Positions 1 to 12,711 of a stretch of DNA of 57,348 bases are shown here, piece by piece. The notes below the pieces were generated by a model that searched no databases, had not been told where the DNA came from, and saw only the letters and a program-made list of their open reading frames with translations. The translations under genes were made by a program, and so were the position numbers. Within the stretch, counting starts at the first letter, position 1; the number at the start of each line of letters is the position of its first letter. The DNA is from Amoeboaphelidium occidentale (taxonomy: Eukaryota), in assembly GCA_023515795.1 (NCBI GenBank), contig JALGPX010000071.1:1-57348 (forward strand). The letters run 5' to 3'.

Positions 1-489
1 AATGTTAATGGTTACGTTGTCAATGTTGCTGGTGCTGCTAGCGGTGCTGGTGCTGCAAACGAGAAGGGTGTTGCTGGTAAGGGTGCAGTTTCTGGTCAGG
101 CAACTGGTCCAAACGGTTTGAGCGTCGGTGGTGCTGCTAACGGTGCTGCTGGTTGTGCAGTTGGTGATGCAAAATGTATCGCTGAAGGTGCAATCAATGG
201 TCGCGCTTCTTACAATGGAAACAGTGTTGCTGGTGCAGCTTCTGGTAAAATTGCTTGTGCTTACGACGATCTTTCTTGCCAGGGTTCAGGTGCATGGAAC
301 GGATGCATTGTCAAGGATGGTAAGACAACTTGCCAGGCTGGTGTTAACGGTGGAAACGGTTCAGGATCAACTTCTGGTTCAACCACCACCACTGACACTA
401 CTACATCAACCCCAACTTCTGATGCATCTTCATTCGTTGCAACAGGTATCTTCGGTGTTTTGGCTGGTTTGCTTTCATTGGCTCTTTAA
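1..489 (+). CDS. 5'-truncated Gly/Ala/Cys-rich, putative GPI-anchored surface protein (copy A)
   Basis: Frame 1 is open from base 1 (NVNGYVVNVAGAASG...) to TAA at 487-489. It has a Gly/Ala-rich Cys-containing domain, a Ser/Thr stalk (STSGSTTTTDTTTSTPTS), a small-residue omega region (SDA) and a hydrophobic tail (FVATGIFGVLAGLLSLAL). Confidence 0.75.
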   Translation, partial: NVNGYVVNVAGAASGAGAANEKGVAGKGAVSGQATGPNGLSVGGAANGAAGCAVGDAKCIAEGAINGRASYNGNSVAGAASGKIACAYDDLSCQGSGAWNGCIVKDGKTTCQAGVNGGNGSGSTSGSTTTTDTTTSTPTSDASSFVATGIFGVLAGLLSLAL

Positions 490-502
490 ACGCACAAAAC
501 AC
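1..502. repeat. Left arm of a 502-bp inverted repeat with 56847-57348
   Basis: Base i pairs with base 57349-i with no indels. The mismatches I found are at 77, 114 and 497. Confidence 0.95.
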
Positions 503-863
503 ACTTAGACAATAAATTAATTTAATCTACAACTCAGATCTTTGGATAATTATCTTGCTACATGCACTTTGATACTGACTTAAACTTGTTACCATGTGAC
601 GAAGTTTCGTGACGAAACGATAACTTGATGTTTCATGTTTTCGATATTTCATGGCAAGAAGTAAGAATATAATGCGAAAAATACAAGAATCTACATGGTT
701 AACAAAATATTGCTTTAAGAAGCATATATCCTGATAAGATCACGGAAATAAAGTTCTTATCATCTCCCTGTAACGGAACAGAGTAATCGATACTGGTCTA
801 CATTCTAACTCTTTTGCACAAGTTTAAGTGAAGAATTGAAGAGAGTTTCATCTATTAATAGGG

Positions 864-1976
864 CTAATCTGAGTTTGGACTCGATACAAATCTCAAGAGA
901 GAAGATTTTGCAGGTTTGCTCTTGCGATTCTTCGGATTTGCAACAACTTCTTCACTCTCAGCAGCCGCAGCTTCTTCCTGCCTCTTCCTTTCATATTCTT
1001 CTTGATTCTTTTTCAACCTTTCTTCGGCTTGCTTCTGCATATCAGCCACGACGGAATTCCTGTAACGGTCCTTCATCACGACAACAGGTTGAGTTGTTGA
1101 AGACTTGTCGCCAGTGACATTTTCAAAAGGCTTCTGCGGCGTAACAACAGGCGCTTGTGGTCCAGCAGCTACTGTAGCAGGCTGATGCATTACCTGTTGC
1201 TGCTGAACTTGTTGTTGCTGTTGTTGTTGCATTTGTGCATACAATAGAGGATTTGATTGAACAACTTTGCCATTCGAGAAGAACACGCTTTTGTTTTTTG
1301 CTGTGTGCTTATCAACTGCAGCCATCAATGTCTTCTCGCGTTTAGGCATAACAGCTTTGACTGGAGTGGAACCTTCAGCAACAATCAGAGGCTTTTCGTC
1401 GTCATCATCTGAAACAGGTTGAGGAGGCAAAGCTGCTGCCACAACTGCAGAGGTAGGAAGAATCATGTGTTTTGTAGGCGATAGCGTTTTCTTTGGTGTT
1501 GCTACCAGGGAGTTTGAAACCGCTTTCATTGGAGGAGAATTCTTTGGAGAAACCGTTGGAGATTTAGTTTCACCATCTGTCGAAGCATCATGTTCTTCAG
1601 CATACGCATCCTGAGGCAACCCAAAAGACAAGCCATTTAAACTGATTGAAACGTCATCTAGAATGTCTTTTGTCTCCTTTAGCCTTTTCATTATCAATTC
1701 CAACGCTTCTTCTGTAGTTTCATACGTTTTGCCTCTGACAATCAGAGATTGCTGTTCAAACACGTATTCATACTTGACTTCAAGCTTTTTCAAACTTTGC
1801 TTGAACTCATTCGACCAGAAGGCTCTGTTGAAATTAACTTCATAGTACACGTCTGAACTAATAGAAATCTTGACCTTCTTTCTCTTCTTCTTCAACTTGT
1901 TCAAGCTTGTAGAGCTACTATCAGGCACTGATACATCCGCAGCCTTCATACTTTTACTTCCAAATGCTGAAAACAT
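864..1976 (-). CDS. Hypothetical protein: basic NLS-like run, possible KH-like module, low-complexity/polyQ C-terminus
   Basis: Part of a 420-aa ORF. The ATG at 1976 (MFSAFGSK) avoids overlap with DHFR. Contains KKKRKKVK, LIVRGKTYETTEEALELI and polyQ. Confidence 0.6.
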   Translation of the reverse strand: MFSAFGSKSMKAADVSVPDSSSTSLNKLKKKRKKVKISISSDVYYEVNFNRAFWSNEFKQSLKKLEVKYEYVFEQQSLIVRGKTYETTEEALELIMKRLKETKDILDDVSISLNGLSFGLPQDAYAEEHDASTDGETKSPTVSPKNSPPMKAVSNSLVATPKKTLSPTKHMILPTSAVVAAALPPQPVSDDDDEKPLIVAEGSTPVKAVMPKREKTLMAAVDKHTAKNKSVFFSNGKVVQSNPLLYAQMQQQQQQQVQQQQVMHQPATVAAGPQAPVVTPQKPFENVTGDKSSTTQPVVVMKDRYRNSVVADMQKQAEERLKKNQEEYERKRQEEAAAAESEEVVANPKNRKSKPAKSSLLRFVSSPNSD

Positions 1977-2095
1977 TGCCAAGGAAAGGTGTGGAGGAAA
2001 TAGTAACATCGTAAACGCTGGAAATTTGACCGAATCAACTTTCGCGGAGTCCAGACCATATGATTGGCCCATGAGTTCAAGACATCTGGAAACGA

Positions 2096-3433
<1,338 letters not shown>

Positions 3434-3479
3434 TAGCTTTTTTCAGTTTATTCTCGTATCAAATATATTGTTGCCAAAC

Positions 3480-4991
3480 TCAATTGCTGCTCTCTGATTT
3501 CTTCTTATCTTTCTTGCTCTTCTTCTTTTCCTTCTTCTTCTCATCTTCAGCAACATCTTCGCTCTTCTTCTTTTTCTTTTCGCTCTTTACTTCACCTTCT
3601 GCATCTTCGTGTTTACGTTTCTTGTCTTTCTTTTCCTTCTTTTCCTTCTTTTCTGGTCCAGTTGCTTGTGCCTTTGGAATAATTACTTCAGACTCATCTT
3701 CACCTAGTTCCTTGATAACTTCAGCCATAACTTCAGTGTTTGTCTTCATTTGACCTCCGTGCTCATAAAATTCAAGTCTATCTTCAACCTGTTTCCTCAA
3801 AGCCTCACCAAACTTTGATGTCGGCTTATCGGAGAAGCAATCAATTCTAGAAGCCACAGAACACTTGTTAGCCAAGTATCTAGACACGCGACCCTTGTTT
3901 TTCAATCCAGCCTTTCCGATAAACGTGGAGTGGTAAATCAAACCGTACTTTGGTGTATTACCACGAGTCTTTAAAGCTCTAAACAAAGCTTTTTCAGCAC
4001 CCAAGATTTGAACAGTGGAAGCAGGGTACTTTGACAAGTTTGTCAATGAACCAGCATGCGAGATCAAACGAGCGCCAACAACTTCGCCGATTAAAGCCGC
4101 CAAATTAGGAGCAACGTAGTTCATCTTCTCCTTCAAGTATGTGTGCAACTGTGTGCGATACTCTGCCAAGGAAACGACACGGTCCGCAAAGGTTTTGATG
4201 TTGAGAATGTCGAGCTCAGAGATTTCGGTTCCCATGGATGAACGAGATGCGTCCAAGATGTACTTTGCTTTAACTGCATCTTGAGTGATCTGCTCTAACT
4301 CAGGTAAAGCCTCATCGGTCAAGTTGCTCTTGGACTGAATGAAACGAGCCAAACGAGCGTATGTGATGTTATCAGGACAGATCTTGACCAATTCAGGAAA
4401 GTGCCAACCATACCATTCGCGCACTCTCATAGCAAACGTGTTAATATCCTTATCCAACTTATCCAACAAACAAATAGCTTGTGTTATCATAGTATCGGAA
4501 CGATTAACATTGAACTTGACCTTTGCTCTGGAATAAGCGTGACCCAAACCCAATTGTGCCTTCTCCAAAACATTACCACCCTCCAACTGCTTAATAAGTC
4601 TTGGAGTGTGTAGTCTGATGCCTCTAACCAATTCTGCAACAACATCATCAGAGACACACTCAATACCGCATTCCTGCTTGATGGCTCCTGCAAGATTCTT
4701 CTCAGCAACACCCAAAGCGCGCTTTTTGGATTTCTTTGGCAAATTTGTATCCAAGAAATTCTTTAATGCTTCAGAACAGACACCTTCACTGACATCGTTG
4801 CAGTTCTGCAAAGCTTCTGCTGCGTTCTTGAAAGGCATGAATGAAATCAGGACCATTGACTTGGAAAACTTTGACACGTCCTTAACAGCTTCCTGGACCG
4901 TGTCCAATGAAGCACCAATAACTTCTGCTTCCTTAACGTCGAATAGGGCATATCCAGCCGCGTGCTCATATAGCATATACTTCAAAGCCAT
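3480..4991 (-). CDS. NOP56: Box C/D snoRNP protein Nop56
   Basis: [52 protein letters not shown] and a KKE/KKD tail. Confidence 0.95.
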   Translation of the reverse strand: MALKYMLYEHAAGYALFDVKEAEVIGASLDTVQEAVKDVSKFSKSMVLISFMPFKNAAEALQNCNDVSEGVCSEALKNFLDTNLPKKSKKRALGVAEKNLAGAIKQECGIECVSDDVVAELVRGIRLHTPRLIKQLEGGNVLEKAQLGLGHAYSRAKVKFNVNRSDTMITQAICLLDKLDKDINTFAMRVREWYGWHFPELVKICPDNITYARLARFIQSKSNLTDEALPELEQITQDAVKAKYILDASRSSMGTEISELDILNIKTFADRVVSLAEYRTQLHTYLKEKMNYVAPNLAALIGEVVGARLISHAGSLTNLSKYPASTVQILGAEKALFRALKTRGNTPKYGLIYHSTFIGKAGLKNKGRVSRYLANKCSVASRIDCFSDKPTSKFGEALRKQVEDRLEFYEHGGQMKTNTEVMAEVIKELGEDESEVIIPKAQATGPEKKEKKEKKDKKRKHEDAEGEVKSEKKKKKSEDVAEDEKKKEKKKSKKDKKKSESSN

Positions 4992-5173
4992 TGTGTGATA
5001 CTTGATCAAGAAAAAATTGCGAAAAGATTTTCGGGTGGGCTTCAGAAGAGGAGTTGCAGGAACAAGTCTGCGCGCAACGATGGGTTGTACTTTAATGTCT
5101 ATTCATAAGAACGGTAAAGGGTCTTATTTGTCAAATTGCATGCCAAGCCATTAATTTCTATATTATTTATTAT

Positions 5174-6496
5174 TTACTTTGGTGAAACGAGCTCTTGCTG
5201 ATCGACAAAGGAACGTTTAAACGCCTCCCTCGAAAGACTCTCTTCCAGCGCGACAACAGTCGCCGAAACAAACTCTTCAGTGCGCTTGTCGTAAAAAACA
5301 TTTTCTGGCTCAACGTCGGAGTCATACTCGGGATAATATCCCTCGTCTTCCTCTTCAGCACCGGCTGCCATGCGCCAAATCAGGCATGCAGCTCTGTGGA
5401 ATTCCAATGCCTTGACGTTTGGGCGCAAGTCCACAGGTTGAGCTGGTCTGTTGGATCTTGACGCTCGTTCATTTTGAGGATGTTCCAAAGGGTTCATGAA
5501 CNAAACAAACTCTTCAGTGCGCTTGTCGTAAAAAACATTTTCTGGCTCAACGTCGGAGTCATACTCGGGATAATATCCCTCGTCTTCCTCTTCAGCGCCA
5601 CCAGCCATGCGCCAAATCAGGCACGCAGCTTTGTGAAACTGCAATGCCCTGACATTCGGGCGCAAGTCCACAGGTTGAGCTGGTCTGTTGGATCTTGACG
5701 CTCGTTCATTTTGAGGATGTTCCAAAGGGTTCATGAACCATAAAGCAAGTTCTCCATTGGTTTCAACGTCTCTTGTAGGCCATGCGGGATGCTGCCCCTG
5801 ACGTATCAATTTGAGCGTATTTACAGTTATCTCCCAGGCCGCCTCATCACTCTCCCTCAGCCCCTTGACAACCTTTACTACATACTTCCGGTTTCCATTC
5901 TCCTCAACAACATCAACGTATCGCTTCAACTTGTCAAATTGGCCATGACAATTGCTGCACAAGTAGAGCCCATTCTGCACCTGATTCTTTGAATCCAATC
6001 CGACTCGGTCAAGTATTGATCTTTCGTTGTATTGAACGGGCACATCCTTCTTAGCGACAATATGGGTGGCATTACACTCAATATCGTTCCAACAGAATAA
6101 GCAGACACCGTCCCTCTCACGAACAGAGTGCCTGAATTGTGAATCTGTAATTTCTGGTGCATGTTCGCCGTTGATTTCTTGTCTAGAATTTGCACGCGAC
6201 GATGGTCTTGATGGAGGCGTACGATAGCTACTCCCAGAATGTTGATGGAACACTGCAATGTAACGCTGATAGCAGGACTCAATGAATTCTTCAACTTCTG
6301 CCATTTTCTCTTCTGAGTTGGACTCTAGAATATCACTGAGCCTGTCCTTGTCCTCACGAAATCCGTATTCAGCAATGCCAACCAAGAACCCGTGCTTATT
6401 TTCGTTGATCCACTGTGAACGTGTCCTGGGAGTCGGTATAACAATCTCATCGTCTGCAAAGCCAAAAAGGCGATTCAATGCCAGTTTGTAGTCCAT
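5174..6496 (-). CDS. Crinkler-like HNH endonuclease (3' end artefactually duplicated around N5502)
   Basis: VRERDGVCLFCW...ATHIV...NGLYLCSNCHGQFD is an HNH_2-type signature. Intronless. 5266-5501 is repeated at 5503-5738. Confidence 0.7.
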   Translation of the reverse strand: MDYKLALNRLFGFADDEIVIPTPRTRSQWINENKHGFLVGIAEYGFREDKDRLSDILESNSEEKMAEVEEFIESCYQRYIAVFHQHSGSSYRTPPSRPSSRANSRQEINGEHAPEITDSQFRHSVRERDGVCLFCWNDIECNATHIVAKKDVPVQYNERSILDRVGLDSKNQVQNGLYLCSNCHGQFDKLKRYVDVVEENGNRKYVVKVVKGLRESDEAAWEITVNTLKLIRQGQHPAWPTRDVETNGELALWFMNPLEHPQNERASRSNRPAQPVDLRPNVRALQFHKAACLIWRMAGGAEEEDEGYYPEYDSDVEPENVFYDKRTEEFVXFMNPLEHPQNERASRSNRPAQPVDLRPNVKALEFHRAACLIWRMAAGAEEEDEGYYPEYDSDVEPENVFYDKRTEEFVSATVVALEESLSREAFKRSFVDQQELVSPK

Positions 6497-6639
6497 TGAC
6501 TATGTTGAAGAAAAGAAGAGCAATAGCAACGAGCCTTAGGTTTGATCCAATCATCGACTCGATCATTTGCTTGATTGATCGAGCTCTATGTGCCTTTACA
6601 CTCACGTATGCGCTTGTAAGCTCTGTATATATTTGGTTG

Positions 6640-7040
6640 CTGTAGTATCAATGAGTTGTCATTATCTTGGTGTAGAAGGCTAGCGTCAAATCATCAAGTT
6701 GCCGGAAGTGTTGGAGGTTTCTGTGTTGAGCCAACACTATCCAGTTCTTGATTAATTCTTGCTGCTTCACGTCAGAATGTTTATTAATGATGCCTGTGTA
6801 TCTTCAAGGGTTGTATACTTAACTATTTGTGGCTGTTTGGTTATCCACACAGATTGCTAGTCGCTGATTCTCTGTGATCTTGGAATGAATACTCAAACTC
6901 AGGGCTCTACAAGTTCTTCAAATGGTTTCATTTCGTTTGGGAGGACTCTGTGTATTGTTTCAAGTGGAAGTCTTATAGAAGGTGCGATTCATCGTTCGCT
7001 TTGATTGTGAGTCGTCGTATGATTTCGAAGCTCTTGTGGT
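6640..7040 (-). pseudogene. Possible decayed Ty1/copia integrase-region remnant
   Basis: Stop- and frameshift-ridden minus-strand fragments (SKRTMNRT, RLPLETIHRVLPNEMKPFEEL, VFIPRSQR, VYNP) occur in the order of the copia ERMNRT/NRLP-PYE/VHIP/YRVYDP motifs. Weak similarity. Confidence 0.3.
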
Positions 7041-7791
7041 ACAGCCATCAAATGCTCTAAGGAACGATCTGTTAAAGATCAAGCTCCTTCTTTATTGTTG
7101 TTCAAAGGGACATGGTGATCTGTTTTGGCGTCAAGTCGGTCAATTAGCCGCGCGCTAAGATGTGTCACCACATTCATTTCGGTTCCAGCTTCTTATTTTA
7201 TCTGTTTCACTACAAGTAAAGCTTTACCAAAGAAAAAGACATATTTTTAGTCCCTTTTTCTCCGTTCACTTGAATCGCGATATTTGCCATGTAATTAGCT
7301 GCTGTAACATCATTCTTAACAACGAGATGAGCCCAGTTGAGGTCTTGTAGTCTTTGCACTTCAGAATTCTATTTCCTTCATTCTCGGACGTTATCAAGAG
7401 GATAAGAGCTTCTGGCAGTATTTTGAAAAAGCTGTCAATACTTCTTCTTCTTCTTTACCAACCTTTCTTCAACTTGATCACATCCGGTTTCGTTTTCTCT
7501 GTCGGTATCACTTTACCATGAACTTCGTACATCATGTTCGGTTTGAGTTTCGAAGCACTCAGAGCGTCCTGTGAACGCTTTGTGAGTCCAAACAACATCC
7601 GAGACACACTGAACATGGATCATGAGTTAATTTGAATCCACGAAACCTGAGTTCATAGATCTAGTTCCACTACCTGACGCGAATGTAAAATTTCACCTCT
7701 GCCATTAAAATATCTTTCTCCTTATGTCAGAAGGCGATGAAATCCGATCTGATTTATTTTAGCCTAAACTAAACCTGTTGCGAAGAGGCTG

Positions 7792-9156
7792 TTATTCTGA
7801 AACGTTGTACAAAACATTGGCCCTTGAACACACTTCACACCATAAGTACATACTATGTGCCTCACTTTGATAAGGAAAGAAGCATGTCTTACAGAGACCA
7901 AAAGGAGAATGAGCTGGAATAGGATCAGCAACTGTTTTGACTGCCTGCGTCAAATACTTTCGAGTAACACGGACATTTTCTTTATCTTCTTCCTGTTCCT
8001 CTTGAGATTCTTCTACAGAAGATGCAATTTCAGTTGAAGGAGTATCAATAGAATCTGTAGAATCCTTAGTCTTTGCCCTCTTTTTCTTCTTGTTCTTTGC
8101 ATTAGCAGCCTTCCTCTCCTCCAACATGGCCAGAGGATCCTTGACTTCTTTGATGAAATCATCACGTTCATCATGATCATCTTCAGCATCAGCCTGAGGA
8201 CCTCTCTTTGGTCTGTGTTTCTTTAAAACCACTAAACCAGCCTTCTTTCCGGCTTCACATGTTGCACACATACAATTAACATTATTCGTTCCAAAGTAGT
8301 GCTCTCCATAAAATGAACACAATTCTTCACCAACACGGATATCTCTAACAACTCTACATACCATCCCATTTGTGCCATCCTTCTCCATTACACAGTTGTT
8401 GTGACAGTCATGATTAATAAATCTTGCTGGACCCAATAGCAAACAATATTGCTTCTTCTGCATGGAATATATCACACTGAAATCACGAACTTTTGATGAA
8501 ATATTATCAGGTAGAGTAAGGTATCCTTCTTCATATTCTGGCTCCGGAGATTCAGGCTTCTTTGCAGACTTGTTCTTGAATTCTTTTGTCTCTTTGGTTG
8601 AGGCTGTGGGTGTAGCAGCATCAGCCACTGTTGTTGAAGTTGAAGTTGCGCCTCGCTTGCGTGAGGATGAAACAGAATTATCACCAAAATCCGGTAAAGC
8701 AGATAGTATCCCATTAAGAGGCCAAATCTTCTCTCCAGTCTTCCAGTCCCTAGTGGCGATAACTTTGACTTGGTTACATGAGAATCTAGTGCAGCGAGCC
8801 AAAGTGATGCCGCTGTTCTCCAAGTACAAACACAAGTAGCGCTTAACATGTTCAACTAAATACTCCATGTTAACACCTTCCATATCTTTAGCAAGTATCT
8901 CTTGGACCTGTGGATGATCATTAAGAAACTCCGTAATCAAATGCTTTAACTCAAACGCCGTGGCTTGCCTGGCTTTCATTATCAAATTGCGGGCCTTTGT
9001 AGGGTCGAACTTTTGCTGTTCATAAGGGTCTTGAATCTTCATCGTGGGGAAGGGAAAGTACAACGAGTCAATAAACAAATCTGTGCACATGTCGTCTATC
9101 TTTGCCATCTGCTGGAACGGAACATTTTGAGATGTATTAATTCTGAGTCCCTTCAT
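7792..9156 (-). CDS. SET9: SET-domain histone H4K20 methyltransferase (Set9/SUV4-20 family)
   Basis: DFSVIYSMQK, LLLGPARFINHDC and GEELCSFYGEHYFGTNNVNCMCATCE (post-SET). Confidence 0.85.
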   Translation of the reverse strand: MKGLRINTSQNVPFQQMAKIDDMCTDLFIDSLYFPFPTMKIQDPYEQQKFDPTKARNLIMKARQATAFELKHLITEFLNDHPQVQEILAKDMEGVNMEYLVEHVKRYLCLYLENSGITLARCTRFSCNQVKVIATRDWKTGEKIWPLNGILSALPDFGDNSVSSSRKRGATSTSTTVADAATPTASTKETKEFKNKSAKKPESPEPEYEEGYLTLPDNISSKVRDFSVIYSMQKKQYCLLLGPARFINHDCHNNCVMEKDGTNGMVCRVVRDIRVGEELCSFYGEHYFGTNNVNCMCATCEAGKKAGLVVLKKHRPKRGPQADAEDDHDERDDFIKEVKDPLAMLEERKAANAKNKKKKRAKTKDSTDSIDTPSTEIASSVEESQEEQEEDKENVRVTRKYLTQAVKTVADPIPAHSPFGLCKTCFFPYQSEAHSMYLWCEVCSRANVLYNVSE

Positions 9157-9210
9157 ATTCTGCTTAAAGATTTAAAACGTTTTGAGTGGAATTAGTTAAG
9201 GAAATAAGAA

Positions 9211-9285
9211 CGCCACTTGTTTCGTCTGTTGAGGCAATTTTCAAAGGGAAACTTCGCAACAGGAAAGGCTGAAACAAATCGTGCC
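9211..9285 (+). repeat. 75-bp direct repeat with 13103-13177, bracketing the accessory block
   Basis: Identical CGCCACTTGTTTCG...AAATCGTGCC. The second copy starts immediately after N13102. Confidence 0.9.
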
Positions 9286-10278
9286 TCCGGTACTTGTTAA
9301 AAATAGTTCGTACTCCAATAATTGGGTAAACTTTATGACATCGTTTCATATAAAGGGAAATGATTAAATGAATGGCGAAATCTCTGGAATTGGCACCATT
9401 CTTGATAAAAGTCTGGATTTATTCGATCACAAGCTATTCTTCGGCACATAAAGGATTTTTTTCAAGCAAAATATTAATAATTTTGCAAATAGCATAGAAG
9501 ATCAATCATCTAATTGTGGTGTTTCAACTTGGAGCAATAAAAGAAGGATATACAATTTTCGGAGCGTTTTGGAATACATTTTGCTGCGAGTGGAAATAAC
9601 TAGTTCTCACTGACCAGCTAACTACGGGTACGTGAGTTCCATTCTTCAAACTTTCACAAATCACAATAAACCTTTTTCGTGCTGAAGCAATACAGTAGGT
9701 TGCTCAGGGCGCGCAGAGCCTTGACGCGAAGCATAAATGAAACATCCAAATAGTCGTTTTCCGAGGAGTGTTCAATTGTAGTGGTATTATTAGTAGAATT
9801 ATTCATTGGTTCCGCGTTCTGAATTCTCTAAATCATAAATCAGTGTCGTGAAACAAAGCAATTTCTGTATCCATTTCTTACTAACGGTGGAAATAGCAGT
9901 TGCATTGGTAGAAGTAGCAGTGAAATTTCAGGACCTTTATGGCAAAGTACAAAATTGTGACAGTTCCCGATACTGATTGCACATCTGGAGAGAAATACTG
10001 AAGAACTGGGAGCTGTTACTACAATGAAGTCTTCCGGTAAGCCAGAAGAATTTGAGACTTCAACTGACTTTGGTGTAACCTTGCGATGACCCGGGTCATC
10101 TGTTAAGCCAACCAAAAATTCCATCCAATAGATGTCCATGATACATTAGATTTCGAGATCTAATGAGATTTGAGTATTTGTACACACATGTAACCTTGAA
10201 AGATCAAATCAGCCAATGATATCGCTGGAGCTCTGCGGGATAAAAACTAAATTTCTTTATTCCAATAAGACCGCCAAT

Positions 10279-12099
10279 CTACTCTTGCAAGTCCAGGTTT
10301 CGTAACGCAGGGAACGTATCATGCAATTCATCAAGTAATACCACATAGTCTTTGACTTCAGCAGTATTTGTGCCAACACATGATCTAGGAACGATCCAAT
10401 ACAATTCCATGCCTTCATGATTTGAATCTCCAAAACAAAGTTCCTTCCATCTCTTACCATTATCCCCTGCGCCATTCATTTTCCTATGCGAAGAAAAAGG
10501 CTTCTGTAAAGTGATCTGAAAACCCATTAATACTTTCCGTTTAGAATCCCACAAAAATAAATCAAAGCCTGGGTAATTTGAACATTCAGGAATGAATAAA
10601 GTTGTAACTCTAGGATTGAATGAAGATTCCGTAGGAACACCCATACCATTAAAGCGCACAATGTAGGTAATCTCAATAGTACGTTTGGAAGCAACCCTCT
10701 GGGACAATCCATTCTTCGTGGTTTTGCGGCATGAAAAAGTAAACATTCTTGTCAGTTCCAAGGATGTAACAATGTACTTCTCAACGATACGCCCTTTGGT
10801 GTCATTTGTGTAACCTCCATTGAATACAACTTCCGCGACCATTCCAAGAGAGTTCATGAGACCAACTCCATGATACCCCAACAACGCTTGACGAGCAATA
10901 GGATTCAACGCAGTGATCAAAGCATCGCCATTATCATCCTGGATGATGTCAAAGACTTGTCTGTCCATTCCTGTGATGGTTTCTGGAGGAGAAAGTCCAA
11001 AAGCCATGCGAGTAATGCATTCTCGTAGATTCTGTCTTCTTAGTTCAGACAAATTATCAGAAAATTTTGCATGCATGTCCGCCATCTCCTTCATCCTTTC
11101 ATGACGATACAAGGCTGTTTTTTCTTGCAATGTTTCTTTTGGTTGCTTCCATAACAGACTCAGTTCATAAGGAACACCACCAGTCCAATAAAATGCTTCA
11201 ACAGCTTCATCAGACTTGGGATTAATTTTCACATCGTTATGAAGCCAATAATAATCACACCATGCCTTAAACTCGTCATCATCAAAGTTGTGGGATGAAA
11301 TGTCATAAGTGTACCAACCCTTCATCTCAGTTGGATAACCTTCATTGTTTGCAGAAGCAGAAATCACGACTTTGACACCAGCTGTAGAATAATTCGAAAG
11401 TTTGCTAATGATATTGAATGGAAACTTATCTACTAAAACAGAACGAGCATACAAAGCATTGTGCTGATCACATATAATTATCCATTCAAGCTTAGCCAGC
11501 GTAACGTAGTTAACCAAAATATCAATCAGCTGTTCCAACATTTCTTCCCTTTCAGAGCCACGAACAGCATTGCACCACTCCACAATAGATTTTCCTTGAA
11601 TAGTATCATCATAGAATGTAGTAACAAGTTCTCGTAGAATGTAACCGTAAATATCTACACGCCAAGAACCACAGTCATTGATGTAAGTCACTCTGAAGCC
11701 TTCATTCCTTTTCATGCGAAGTTCAGTAGCCAAGAGATACAGCGAATGACTCTTCCCAACACCAACTGGTCCACGAACGTAAAGACCATTGTTTTCTTCC
11801 CCATCAAGTTCAAGCACGACTTCTTTCAAGTTTGCGTAAGACTTCCTCATGATGAAATGGACAACAGTTTTCTGGACCTTAAAACGATATTGCAGCTGGT
11901 GAGGTGAAATCAGTGGTAAAGCCAAGGCTTGTGGTGTAGTAGGAAACCCGACGATGGATTCCACAGCTTTTTGTGACTTAACTGCAAAATCTCTGGTAGA
12001 TTCAAGAGTACGGATAGGCAGTGAAGGAAACGCATCATCGTTTCTTGTTTCATCGATCTTGCGCTTTTTAGGATATACTCGAACTGCTGACGACGACAT
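10279..12099 (-). CDS. Crinkler-like P-loop NTPase fused to a PD-(D/E)xK restriction-endonuclease-fold domain
   Basis: Walker A GPVGVGKS, Walker B-like IIICDQHN, TGGVPYEL helix and C-terminal SNYPGFDLFLWD...GFQIT. NLS-like PKKRKID near the likely start at 12099. Intronless. Confidence 0.75.
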   Translation of the reverse strand: MSSSAVRVYPKKRKIDETRNDDAFPSLPIRTLESTRDFAVKSQKAVESIVGFPTTPQALALPLISPHQLQYRFKVQKTVVHFIMRKSYANLKEVVLELDGEENNGLYVRGPVGVGKSHSLYLLATELRMKRNEGFRVTYINDCGSWRVDIYGYILRELVTTFYDDTIQGKSIVEWCNAVRGSEREEMLEQLIDILVNYVTLAKLEWIIICDQHNALYARSVLVDKFPFNIISKLSNYSTAGVKVVISASANNEGYPTEMKGWYTYDISSHNFDDDEFKAWCDYYWLHNDVKINPKSDEAVEAFYWTGGVPYELSLLWKQPKETLQEKTALYRHERMKEMADMHAKFSDNLSELRRQNLRECITRMAFGLSPPETITGMDRQVFDIIQDDNGDALITALNPIARQALLGYHGVGLMNSLGMVAEVVFNGGYTNDTKGRIVEKYIVTSLELTRMFTFSCRKTTKNGLSQRVASKRTIEITYIVRFNGMGVPTESSFNPRVTTLFIPECSNYPGFDLFLWDSKRKVLMGFQITLQKPFSSHRKMNGAGDNGKRWKELCFGDSNHEGMELYWIVPRSCVGTNTAEVKDYVVLLDELHDTFPALRNLDLQE

Positions 12100-12471
12100 G
12101 GCAGACAACATTCCGAAGAAAAAGCTGGTCCAAACTGTGTGATTGGACGGTTCATCCACCAACCAGCGAGTTAATAGATCTACCCCAAGTGATTGTTGAA
12201 CACAAGTGTATGCAAATAATTGCTGACTCTCGCTCCGAAATCCTCATTCCGTTGTAAATCAGGTAGAACATCTAAACATCTGCAAAAGTTTCTTAAAGCG
12301 CTGAGATCAGGATCAAATATAAACTTTAATGCAACTACCCTACTTAATGAAGCGCAATTCTCAAGTACTTCTAATTCGAATGCGAACGTTTTAGAGCAGC
12401 TTGTGAACGTGTAAAGGGAACATTGTGTTTACCTTCATACAATGAATCGTTTTTAATAGAAGTTTGTGTAG

Positions 12472-12707
12472 CTGTTGATTTCACCACTAGCATTACTCGC
12501 CCTCATTTCGAAGAATTATGCGGTGATTTATTCCGTTCTGCTTTGGATCCTGTTGAAAAAGTACTGAGAGATTCCAAGATTGACAAGAGCAGTGTTAATG
12601 AAATTGTCTTGGTTGGTGGCTCTACTCGTATTCCAAAGGTTCAGAAATTGGTTTCTGACTTCTTCAACGGAAAGGAAGCAAACAAATTTATTAATCCTGA
12701 TGATGCC
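12472..12707 (+). pseudogene. Internal fragment of cytosolic HSP70
   Basis: [30 protein letters not shown]...[26 protein letters not shown]...INPDDA. About 80 aa only, lacking both ends. Confidence 0.9.
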
Positions 12708-12711
12708 ACAA

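Noticed and set aside
128..508. 126-aa alternative-frame ORF (and its twin at 56823-57221)
   Set aside because: Shadow frame caused by the GGT/GCT codon bias of the GPI protein gene.
7455..7616. 53-aa minus-strand ORF (MFSVSRMLFGLTKRSQ...) resembling a mitochondrial presequence
   Set aside because: No recognisable domain, and I could not build a convincing spliced continuation.
9840..10139. 99-aa ORF inside the accessory block
   Set aside because: No motifs; the surrounding sequence looks degenerate in all frames.
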